Below are positions 14,999-23,270 of a stretch of 23,270 nt of DNA, piece by piece. Below the pieces are notes generated by a model. The model saw only the letters and a list, made by a program, of their open reading frames with translations, did not search any database and was not told the origin of the DNA. This DNA comes from Candidatus Micrarchaeota archaeon (GTDB taxonomy: Archaea; Micrarchaeota; Micrarchaeia; Norongarragalinales; SBBD01). The stretch covers positions 1 to 23,270 of the forward strand of contig JBBSVW010000026.1 of the NCBI GenBank assembly GCA_038046605.1. The letters are read 5' to 3'. How positions within the stretch are numbered: the first letter of the stretch is position 1; each line of letters begins with the position of its first letter. Both the position numbers and the translations under genes were made by a program.

Positions 14999-17080
14999 CT
15001 AAATGGAGTCTTCCATGCGCATTTCGGTTTTATCAATCAGCGGCACAATTATTTTATTTATTTTTTTTATGTAATTTTCGCAAATGCTAACGTCTTCCTT
15101 TGATTGGTTAATAATTCGACCGCTCGATCCGTGCCCATAGGGACCACGAATAAACGATATTTTACTTAAGGCTTGTTGTAATTCGCCTAAGTTTGCAAAT
15201 CCATTAGGTTTAACAAAAATATTTTCAAAACAATCCGTCCAATTATTTTTTTGGGAAATAATATTTATTTCCTGCCCTAGGTCGATAAAATCTTCAAATT
15301 GCCCATTTTCCTTTTTCTTTTTTTCATTTATATAACCTTGAATGTCGCCGGGGATTCTGCTTTTTTCCCATTTTGAATCAATTATTTGTAAAGTATTTCT
15401 TATCATTATACTTATATTTCTTTCAAGATTTTGAATTTTATCGAATATTTCTTCTTCCTCCATGCTCTCCCAGAAACTAACACCAACCTTCCGTTTGATT
15501 TCGACACCAATTTTTTTTGCTAGATCCTTCCTTGCTCCCTCATTGGTAGTACTTAATTTGATTTCCCTTATTGCGGTTTCATCCAATTCCATGAAATATT
15601 CGCCAATTACTTCCACATATTTCGATAATGCCTCTCTTGACGGTATTCGCTCAATATGAGACAAAATGGGTTCAAACAAATAGAGTAATACGGGCACACC
15701 TGCATTACCAAAAACATAATTTCGCGCGTTTTCTTTAGTTATTTTTTCATAGATAGATTTGAAATATCTGCTAATAGTATTTGCAGTCCTATTTCGTTGC
15801 GTCATTTTATTCTCGTCATAAAGGGGGTTATTGATCCCCCTTAAATTTGGAAGCAAATCTCGGGTTATTCTCGAGTTTTTTATACCCGAACAAAATGCAC
15901 TAATGGAAATTGACGATTCTGTTTTTTGCCCTTTTTTTGGAATGTAAATCATGTTTTCAAATGGATTGTTTTTTAAATCTGCAAAATTTGCAGGGGGGGA
16001 ATCTATCATTTTTACAATATTTGAAATTAACCCTTCTTCAGTTTCGCAATACGGATCAGCCTCACCTTCCAAGTCCCAGATTAAATCAGATGAAACAGGT
16101 TTTTGCTCCTTATTAATATCGAGAAATAAACTCCTCTCCTCATTTGGTTTAAGAAGAGTTAATGCTATACAAGGGACTAAATCAGATTGTTTTGCCCGTA
16201 CTGCACCAAATAACCTGTGTTGACCATCAATAACCCAACAATTTTGCCCGGTAATATTCAAAAAAACAAATTCCCAATCTGGTGTTTTTTTATATATTTT
16301 ATAATAATAAGAATCGTTGATGGGACCCCGTAAGGATAAAATAATATTTGATGGAAAATAACCTCCGGTATCAACATATTTCTCTATTCGCTTGAGTTTA
16401 TTTTTTTCGAGAGTCCTCTGATAAAATTCCTCGTCTCCCCGCCCTCTTCTTGCAACATATGATATTTTTATAAGGTCCAATGGATTTGCATAGAAAATAA
16501 AGGCAAAACGCCCACCAAGTTTCGTTTTGATCGCAGGGATTTGAAAAGGTTCACTAATAAAGGGTATATTGGAATATTTTGAAATTTCGTTAAGTATGCT
16601 ATAAACCGCATTTTCCTTAATCTTATCAGATAAATCGTTATAATAATCTAAAAACTGCTCATCGATCAAAAAGATTTTATCGGGACCATTTTGTAAAATT
16701 GTTTCCCCTTGAGGCGTAAGCCCCATTCGTTTTATTGCCAATATGGGAATTATTTTCTCAAAATCTTTGTCTTTTTTATTAGAAAAATGAGTAATTATCG
16801 TATTTACTTTATCCCGCCATTCACGTATTTCACTAACCTGCAATTTCTTTAATTTCCCCCGACTTTTACCAGATTTGCATTCAATAATAAACAAGTTTTT
16901 TCCAAATTTGGCTATGCAATCTATTTCAATTTCTTCCGATGAAATATGTATTGTTTCCTTTGTTTTAACTTCAGAAAAGCCAGCTCTTTCAAATAGACTT
17001 TTAATTTCTATCTCGAAGTTATCTCCAACTTCAACAGAAGATTCCTCATCCTCAACTTGGTCTTCCATGAAATCTACCAT
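14999..17080 (-). CDS. DGQHR (DndB/ParB-like) domain protein with N-terminal PD-(D/E)xK nuclease-like and C-terminal HEPN-like domains
   Basis: N-terminal FE...EIDCIAK...IIECKS; central YQR, FPSNII, VIDGQHRL, LFLDINKEQKPV; C-terminal LE..I..MI..L.....WEK..IP and RGPYGH (Rx4H). Confidence 0.85.
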   Translation of the reverse strand: MVDFMEDQVEDEESSVEVGDNFEIEIKSLFERAGFSEVKTKETIHISSEEIEIDCIAKFGKNLFIIECKSGKSRGKLKKLQVSEIREWRDKVNTIITHFSNKKDKDFEKIIPILAIKRMGLTPQGETILQNGPDKIFLIDEQFLDYYNDLSDKIKENAVYSILNEISKYSNIPFISEPFQIPAIKTKLGGRFAFIFYANPLDLIKISYVARRGRGDEEFYQRTLEKNKLKRIEKYVDTGGYFPSNIILSLRGPINDSYYYKIYKKTPDWEFVFLNITGQNCWVIDGQHRLFGAVRAKQSDLVPCIALTLLKPNEERSLFLDINKEQKPVSSDLIWDLEGEADPYCETEEGLISNIVKMIDSPPANFADLKNNPFENMIYIPKKGQKTESSISISAFCSGIKNSRITRDLLPNLRGINNPLYDENKMTQRNRTANTISRYFKSIYEKITKENARNYVFGNAGVPVLLYLFEPILSHIERIPSREALSKYVEVIGEYFMELDETAIREIKLSTTNEGARKDLAKKIGVEIKRKVGVSFWESMEEEEIFDKIQNLERNISIMIRNTLQIIDSKWEKSRIPGDIQGYINEKKKKENGQFEDFIDLGQEINIISQKNNWTDCFENIFVKPNGFANLGELQQALSKISFIRGPYGHGSSGRIINQSKEDVSICENYIKKINKIIVPLIDKTEMRMEDSI

Positions 17081-17451
17081 ATAATTTTCTTTTTAATAAA
17101 CGTATCTATTTGATGTTCCCATATGCGGATTACCCTCCAGCCAACTTTCTTTAGCCGCATTGTCTTTTCTTTATCCCGTTCAACATTCCTTTTCAATTTT
17201 GGGACCCAATATTTGCGGTTGCTTTTTGGGATATGACCGTGCTTAGGACAGTTATGCCAAAAGCATCCATCAATGAATATTGCTGTTTTTTTGGATGGAA
17301 TGGCAATGTCGATTTTTTCCTTGCCGTAATGAAGGCGATATTTGACCCCTGATTTCCTCAAGATTGCTCGAAACAGTTTTTCGGGTAGGGTATGCTTTGA
17401 CTTTATCGCGGACATTATTTTTGAACGTATTTTCTTTTTTACAGGATCCAT
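17074..17451 (-). CDS. vsr: Very short patch repair endonuclease
   Basis: MD......RSKIMSAIKSKHTLPE, IDIA, FIDGCFWHNCPKH, YWVPKLKRNVERD, GWRVIRIWEH. Start set at ATG 17451; the stop overlaps the DGQHR gene start (ATGGTAG). Confidence 0.95.
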   Translation of the reverse strand: MDPVKKKIRSKIMSAIKSKHTLPEKLFRAILRKSGVKYRLHYGKEKIDIAIPSKKTAIFIDGCFWHNCPKHGHIPKSNRKYWVPKLKRNVERDKEKTMRLKKVGWRVIRIWEHQIDTFIKKKIIW

Positions 17452-17458
17452 CCCCCAT

Positions 17459-18331
17459 TCACTTCTCGAATACCGATTCGATGAGCTTGTCAATTTTTGG
17501 GATCGTAGTATCCATTTTCACGCTTTGTTCAAATAGCCCCTTTGATGCCGTATGCAGCCTAAGGCTTAGGGTCAGCCCATTATCGAAATTAATCAATATT
17601 GTGCTATTGCTTGCTCTTGTTATTTCCATATGATCTGGCATGGGGATATTTGTAAAATCAATGATCTCGACTTTATGGGCAGAATTCTTGACCATGTAAA
17701 ACGGGATAGTGCCAGTTAAAAAATGGAAAAAGGTAGGCGCGCTGCTTTTGTTCAAATTCAAAAAATCCATAACCAATTTGGTCAGGGGGAAATACAATTT
17801 CTTATTTATAAACTCCATATCTTTGTTTTTTATCTCCTCGAAAGTCTTTGCTGCTGGGAATGATTTTTTTGCTTCAAGGTAAAACTTGGACCAAATCCCT
17901 TCATATTGCAAATCATATTTAGCCAATACGCGGGAGTCATTTACACCACATTGCTCAGGCAGCCTCGTCAGCCTCGGGTGCTTTAGCGCGGGATAGTTAT
18001 TTTTTATGGAAAGATTGATTGAGCGGCCATTGCTAAAAGCTAAACGTATATCGGTAGGGTCCCCAGTCACACCACTGCTATCTGGCAGCCTATCAAGAAT
18101 TACCTTGATTTTTCGGCTGCCAATTTTTTTCTCCAACCAACGGACAGTTATCTCCGCACACTTTGAAAAATTTTCCCTTATTTTATCACTTAATCTAGAG
18201 TAATACTTCTCGTCAACTGCATTGTCCTTTTTTGCCCGTTCAGTCAAATCGCATTTTTCAAAGTGCGCCAGTATTTCCTTGCAGATGATGTATTCCAATG
18301 TTCTTCCGTTATCATCAGATGCGGTTGGCAT
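17459..18331 (-). CDS. Type II restriction endonuclease, HaeIII family (predicted GGCC)
   Basis: SDDNGRTLEY, DSSGVTGDPTDI, LSIKNNYPALKHPRL and LRLHTAS resemble HaeIII-family motifs; divergent from a HaeIII-like MTase. Start set at ATG 18331. Confidence 0.8.
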   Translation of the reverse strand: MPTASDDNGRTLEYIICKEILAHFEKCDLTERAKKDNAVDEKYYSRLSDKIRENFSKCAEITVRWLEKKIGSRKIKVILDRLPDSSGVTGDPTDIRLAFSNGRSINLSIKNNYPALKHPRLTRLPEQCGVNDSRVLAKYDLQYEGIWSKFYLEAKKSFPAAKTFEEIKNKDMEFINKKLYFPLTKLVMDFLNLNKSSAPTFFHFLTGTIPFYMVKNSAHKVEIIDFTNIPMPDHMEITRASNSTILINFDNGLTLSLRLHTASKGLFEQSVKMDTTIPKIDKLIESVFEK

Positions 18332-18501
18332 AAGCCTCAACAGGGTATATTCTCCCGCGGTTTTTATTCGTATTGCTTGAAATCGCGATTTGTGGGGGGG
18401 ATCAAATACCACCAGAAATGACCTCCCGCAATGTACTTAAATAGGATAAACCCTCAAAATAAGTATGAGGTCGAGTGTGGGGGATGAAAAAGGCGCATAC
18501 A

Positions 18502-19515
18502 ATGAAAGTAATATCTTTGTTTACTGGCTGCGGCGGCTTAGACCTGGGTTTCGAACATGCAGGGTTCGAAATAGCTTATGCTAATGATTATGACCCTGTG
18601 ATGAAGGATACCTTTGAAAAGAACCATAGCGTCGAATTGGACCTTAGATCCATTGTCAATGTGAAATCTGACGAGATACCTGATGCTGAAGGCATAATTG
18701 GTGGCCCTCCCTGCCAAAGCTGGAGCCTTGCAGGTGCCATGAGGGGCATTGAAGATCAGCGGGGGCAATTATTTTACGAATATATCCGCATCCTAAAAGA
18801 TAAGCAACCCTTGTTCTTTGTTGCGGAAAATGTGCCCGGCATCGTTTCAACAACGCATATTGGCGAATTCACGAAAATATTGGAAAAATTCAGCAGCCTT
18901 GGCTATAATGTCAATTATGCCATCCTTGATGCACGGAATTATGGTGTGCCACAAGAAAGAAAGAGAGTTGTTGTTGTCGGATATCATAAGAAATTGGGAA
19001 AAACCTTTGCATTCCCCGAACCCAATAGCAAATGGATTACCCTTAAAGAAGCGATAGGGGATTTGCCAGATGCTAAACCAGCCAAGGAAAAAAACAAAAC
19101 AAATGGCGAATTAGGAATTGCTAACCAGGAATACATGAATGGAGGTTTCTCAACAATGTACTTGTCCCGAAATAGGCGCAGGGAATGGGGGGAACAGTCA
19201 TTTACCATCCAAGCTGGAGGCAGGCATGCACCACTTCATCCAAGCTCCTCAAAGATGAGGAAGGTTGAGGAAGACAAATGGGTTTTTGATGGCGACAACC
19301 CTAAATACCGCAGAATGTCAGTTCGTGAATGTGCCAGGATTCAAACTTTCCCAGATGATTTCATTTTCTACTACAACAACATTGCCGATGGCTACAAGAT
19401 GATAGGGAATGCTGTGCCAGTAAAGCTTGCGGAAGCGGTAGCAAAACAGATAATGTCAGATCTATCAAAGACCGATGTAGCAAAGGACACGCAAAAAATA
19501 AAAATTATCAATTAA
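18502..19515 (+). CDS. dcm: C5-cytosine DNA methyltransferase, M.HaeIII-like
   Basis: SLFTGCGG (motif I), GGPPCQSWS (IV), ENV (VI), QERKRV (VIII), RECARIQTFP, IGNAVP. The target-recognition region FSTMYLSRNRRREW..QSFTIQAGGRHAPLHP resembles M.HaeIII. Start could also be 18484. Confidence 0.95.
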   Translation: MKVISLFTGCGGLDLGFEHAGFEIAYANDYDPVMKDTFEKNHSVELDLRSIVNVKSDEIPDAEGIIGGPPCQSWSLAGAMRGIEDQRGQLFYEYIRILKDKQPLFFVAENVPGIVSTTHIGEFTKILEKFSSLGYNVNYAILDARNYGVPQERKRVVVVGYHKKLGKTFAFPEPNSKWITLKEAIGDLPDAKPAKEKNKTNGELGIANQEYMNGGFSTMYLSRNRRREWGEQSFTIQAGGRHAPLHPSSSKMRKVEEDKWVFDGDNPKYRRMSVRECARIQTFPDDFIFYYNNIADGYKMIGNAVPVKLAEAVAKQIMSDLSKTDVAKDTQKIKIIN

Positions 19516-19567
19516 CAATTCCTCATTCCAGTGAATAAAAGGCAAATAGCTATTAGGCGAGAGTTCG

Positions 19568-20638
19568 ATGAAAATATTGAACGTTATAAAAGAAAAACTC
19601 CCTTATGATTATTCATTAATTGTTTTAACATTCTTAACAGCAGCCATAATCATAATTTTAACCGCTTTTTATCCAAACCCTTACCTTATTGCAATCATAA
19701 GCGTTTGTGTTTTGATTTTAACAATGATGAAGGAATATAGAGATCAAAAAAAAGACGATATTGAAGAAGCTCTTTCAAAACTTTCAAATAAAAAAATGGA
19801 CGAAATTCATTCTCAAATTACAATCAATGAAATCGAAAGTAAAAAACGAGAAAAAGTAATAATGAAGTTGATGAAAAAAGGAGTGATTAATGAAGATGAC
19901 ATGATAGCAGCATTAAGCCAAGAAGCGTATTTTATTTTTTACCATTTTAACAGAGCATTTGATAATAAATATGTAAAATATTTACCCGAAAATAGAAAAT
20001 TGGCCGCTCGAATATTGGAAAAATTGGGATTTGTACCAGTAGGAGCATTTTCTGGATCATATTTTTTTCACATAATTAATTCAAGAGCATTGCCTACCGA
20101 TTTGCAAAATATTGGAATGCTAGAAGCGTACATAAAAAAAGAGGCAGTTAATCATTGGACTGAATTAGATTCAAACATTAAAACAAACCCATCATTATAC
20201 GAAAAATATACAGAAAATGATAAAACAAGAGGAAACTTGGTATATTTCCTCGGAAAAATATTTCCATCAAATTTAAGCATGGGGTATCTTAATTTTTCAT
20301 CATTCGATACGAGATTTTTACCTCATTTATCCAAATTTTTAAATTCAGAAAAAATAGAAATTAATGTTAAAAAATTTAATGATCTAATTTCCTTGGCTTC
20401 TCTTGATTTCTTTATTGATTCAATTGAACGAAAAGATAGGGCTAAAATTTTAGAAAATGAAACGGAAATGAGAGCTGAATTGGGAATAAAAAAAATCTAC
20501 GATTATGCAAATTTATCAAAGGAAGATTTAATTAGAGTATTATCAAAATATTTTACTAATGAAAAATCAATTAAATTTTCCGATATAATATTGCAATCTG
20601 CAAATGATTCCTGTCCGATAATCCAAGAATTCGCATAA
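19568..20638 (+). CDS. Hypothetical AT-rich protein with two N-terminal TM helices
   Basis: 356-aa ORF; hydrophobic LIVLTFLTAAIIIILTAFY and YLIAIISVCVLILTMM, then a charged linker and a soluble domain I do not recognise. Confidence 0.8.
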   Translation: MKILNVIKEKLPYDYSLIVLTFLTAAIIIILTAFYPNPYLIAIISVCVLILTMMKEYRDQKKDDIEEALSKLSNKKMDEIHSQITINEIESKKREKVIMKLMKKGVINEDDMIAALSQEAYFIFYHFNRAFDNKYVKYLPENRKLAARILEKLGFVPVGAFSGSYFFHIINSRALPTDLQNIGMLEAYIKKEAVNHWTELDSNIKTNPSLYEKYTENDKTRGNLVYFLGKIFPSNLSMGYLNFSSFDTRFLPHLSKFLNSEKIEINVKKFNDLISLASLDFFIDSIERKDRAKILENETEMRAELGIKKIYDYANLSKEDLIRVLSKYFTNEKSIKFSDIILQSANDSCPIIQEFA

Positions 20639-20993
20639 TTGAACAAGTGTTTTTTATATGGATTTATGGAGATTATTATTGCAAGGGCATGCAAATAAAT
20701 TATCAAACGAAAATAAAATAGTTCAATAGGTAGGTAAAAAAAGACTTGCTGAATTATTTTTTTGGGGGTTTTTGCATATTAAACGATATTATAACTTTAA
20801 ACTCAAACCGTTCGAAAAAATAAAACACATTTTTCTAAAAACCCATTTAAAGCTCCAATTCATTCCCTTTCCATTGGCAAATCCGATATCTTTCAGAGGT
20901 GAAAAAATGCCTCCATCAACCGTCAAAACTCTAACTGAATCGATTCCCCAAGTTAAAAAAATTTAGGATTCGAATTGGTTATAACCTCGCAAT

Positions 20994-21707
20994 CTATTTT
21001 CTTTTTGCCAAAACGTTTTCTATTGACCATTTCAAATCTAGATCCATGTCAAGAATATTTCCTAATGCCCAGCGAAAATAATCTTCAGGAATTTCAGAAA
21101 GTAGTTTTCCGCGGTGTTTTCCGAAAGGCATTTTTTGAATTATAATCGGTGAATCGATATAATCTATCATAGCCTTTAAACTGTCTTTTTCGCCATTTTT
21201 TAAATATAATTCGATTCCTGCGCCAAGAACTTTAGCAGTAACTAAAGCGTCAGGAAGTGCTCTATGCATATTTTTACCAGCTACATCAACCTTAAGTTTT
21301 AACCAGTATCGTAAAACTTGGTTTCCATATGCCGGTGCATTCGGCCAAAGATGTCTAGAGAGCCTATAAGTGCATATCCACGGTTGTTTGGCAATCATAG
21401 GTAAAAATGAGCGGTCAAATTCGGCATTGTGTGCTGCGATCGCCGTTACATTACCCACTAAGCTTTGTAAGTGTTCGGTAATTGATTCGATGCTGGGGCT
21501 TTTGGATACGTCCTCATCAGTCAAGTGGTGTATGGCAGAAGCTTCTGGCGGAATAGGTATACCGGGGTTAATGATTGATTCCCAGGTGTCTTCTATTTTC
21601 CCATCCCTAAGCAATACTACACCAATTTCTACAACTCGATCAACTTGCGAGTTTACCCCAGTTGTTTCAGTATCTACCACCAAATACGCATCGTCAGCTA
21701 TGCTCAT
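20994..21707 (-). CDS. DEDDh 3'-5' exonuclease, exodeoxyribonuclease X-like, with C-terminal MPFGKH domain
   Basis: VDTETTG, AHNAEFD, ICTYRL, HRALPDA; C-terminal KMPFGKHRGKLLSEIPEDYFRW. Confidence 0.9.
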   Translation of the reverse strand: MSIADDAYLVVDTETTGVNSQVDRVVEIGVVLLRDGKIEDTWESIINPGIPIPPEASAIHHLTDEDVSKSPSIESITEHLQSLVGNVTAIAAHNAEFDRSFLPMIAKQPWICTYRLSRHLWPNAPAYGNQVLRYWLKLKVDVAGKNMHRALPDALVTAKVLGAGIELYLKNGEKDSLKAMIDYIDSPIIIQKMPFGKHRGKLLSEIPEDYFRWALGNILDMDLDLKWSIENVLAKRK

Positions 21708-21763
21708 TTATCTCACATCTTTTTATTTTTCTTCCATCAATCTTATTTTTACCTTGAATAGGC

Positions 21764-23270
21764 CTATTTTTCTTTTTGATACTGCTCCACGATGCTCCGC
21801 CACAGTACCTCATCATTTACCGTTTCAACCAGCTGTTTAAGCAGAAGCTCAGGCTCTTTTTTCCAACCAAGAACAATGTTTGCATGGTTCTCAAAGGTCT
21901 CAAATACCTTTCCTTTAGGTTGGGCATCGTCCAGATCGGAATCAACCCTTCCAAGATTGATCCTCCCTCTTAATCCAACGAATCCCACAGCAACCTTTAT
22001 TTTTTCAGGTGCAATTCTAGCCATGATTGAATAAGCCCGTTTATAGATTTCAAGTTGCCTCCTGTGCTCCGAAGCCCGATCGGTATTTTTATCCGTCTTC
22101 CAGTCCACAAGCAAGTATTCGCCGCCCTTTCTGAAAACCGCATCTATCTTGCCTTTGAACTTCACCTCAAGATCAGTTTTCATCAATTTGCTAAGGGGCA
22201 TATCTATGTCAATCTCAGCACCAACAACCTCGGGATAGTCTTCCTTAATTTCCTTAACCATGCTTTCGATATTCTGTTCGAAGGCTTTTACGTCCGCATC
22301 AACCTGGTGCGGCTCGCCCTTTAAGATCTGCTCAGCTATTTTGTGTACTCTTGAACCTACGCCAAGCGCTGGTGAGAAATCAGTAATGCCAAGGATCCTA
22401 TCCTTGAAGTATTCGTAAGGGTCAGTTCTCAGCCCAGAAAAGGACAAATGGTCCAGCCTTTCAAAATGATTCTTGACAAAGTCAAGGAGCCATTCTTTCC
22501 TATCTGCGAGTAATTCCTGTGCCCCTTCCGTTTCTCCTGCCAGGAAAAGCCCATATGCTTTCTTTGCCCTCTCTGAATAATCTGCACGCTCAATTCCCTG
22601 CACTTCAATTGCTTTTTCTTCTATCATCGAGTTAAGGTAGACCTCTGGTTTATCAGTAAGGATTACAAGCTTGTTCTTGGCTCGCGTCATTGCCACAAAG
22701 TTGATTCTGAGAGTTTCCTCCTCGAGTTCTTCTCTTGCATCGATGCCCTTTGTGTTCAGAATAGCTTCAACAACGTAATCCTGGAAGTCTGTCCTCCCCC
22801 TAGGCTTGGATGGAAGGTAAATTACCGCATCGAATTCCAGCCCTTTGGCCTTATGGACTGTGGATACAGTGACTTTCTTCCTTGGTCCGCCCATATCTAC
22901 AATAAGATCTGATGAATTCAAGTAAGTCGTGAGGTTTTCCATATTCATCTTGTCAATGGCTCTCACGGCTTCCCTAAATGTCTTCTGCACTGAAATGGCT
23001 GCAAGAAGGTAGTCTTTTCCATAAGTAACTGAAACGGGATAGATGATCATTTCAAATATTTTGTCAATATCCTCGATCGTCTTGACTGACTCTTTCATTT
23101 TTCTGAAAGCCGGGCACTTTAAGTAAATTTCCTGGATCGTTAGTTCTTTAGAGGCCGATAGTGTGAAGGCGTCCTTAATGGGCATTGGGAAGAATGGCGT
23201 GAACATAGCCGCCCGTAAATCGTTCACATCATCAGTAACAAAGCTCCGCAGGAACCTGATTGTATGGTTT
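21764..23270 (-). CDS. UvrD/Rep-family helicase fused to PD-(D/E)xK nuclease (AddA/AdnAB-like); 5'-partial
   Basis: Helicase motif V STVHKAKGLEFD and VI FVAMTRAK; nuclease LSFS, GSRVH, GKIDAVF, LVDWKT, QLEIY. The frame is open to the window end. Confidence 0.9.
   Translation of the reverse strand, partial: NHTIRFLRSFVTDDVNDLRAAMFTPFFPMPIKDAFTLSASKELTIQEIYLKCPAFRKMKESVKTIEDIDKIFEMIIYPVSVTYGKDYLLAAISVQKTFREAVRAIDKMNMENLTTYLNSSDLIVDMGGPRKKVTVSTVHKAKGLEFDAVIYLPSKPRGRTDFQDYVVEAILNTKGIDAREELEEETLRINFVAMTRAKNKLVILTDKPEVYLNSMIEEKAIEVQGIERADYSERAKKAYGLFLAGETEGAQELLADRKEWLLDFVKNHFERLDHLSFSGLRTDPYEYFKDRILGITDFSPALGVGSRVHKIAEQILKGEPHQVDADVKAFEQNIESMVKEIKEDYPEVVGAEIDIDMPLSKLMKTDLEVKFKGKIDAVFRKGGEYLLVDWKTDKNTDRASEHRRQLEIYKRAYSIMARIAPEKIKVAVGFVGLRGRINLGRVDSDLDDAQPKGKVFETFENHANIVLGWKKEPELLLKQLVETVNDEVLWRSIVEQYQKEK

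Noticed and set aside
14999-17080. DNA phosphorothioation (dnd) system
   Set aside because: Only a DGQHR domain is present; no dndA/C/D/E or pbe genes in the window.
20772-20966. 64-aa ORF between the convergent island genes
   Set aside because: TTG start, no motifs, AT-rich intergenic sequence.

Overview
Archaeal chromosome segment, most consistent with a DPANN (Micrarchaeota-like) genome. The evidence is PolD DP1/DP2, a stand-alone Kae1, BHB-intron tRNAs and an LLFGC lipoprotein signal. From left to right: an AT-rich cassette (two small membrane proteins and a 905-aa secreted zincin protease); polD large and small subunits; kae1; dCMP deaminase; tRNA-Leu(TAG) with a D-loop intron; a membrane-anchored coiled-coil protein; a lipoprotein serpin; a tRNA-Tyr(GTA)/tRNA-Asp(GTC) pair carrying three and two long introns; an AT-rich defence island (nuclease-DGQHR-HEPN fusion, Vsr, HaeIII-like R-M pair, membrane protein, ExoX-like exonuclease); and a partial UvrD/PD-(D/E)xK helicase-nuclease. 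The most unusual signal is a ~45-60 nt hairpin element (YRACAC..GGGG-loop-CCCC..GTGTYGCC..TACCCC) present in four copies with compensatory changes. Two copies are nested directly after a recoded duplicate of the kae1 N-terminus, one lies between 20-bp direct repeats of the tRNA-Leu 3' end, and one forms part of the tRNA-Asp T-loop intron. A second sequence family is shared between introns at different positions in tRNA-Tyr and tRNA-Asp, suggesting intron mobility. All calls are by eye; no searches or folding programs were run.
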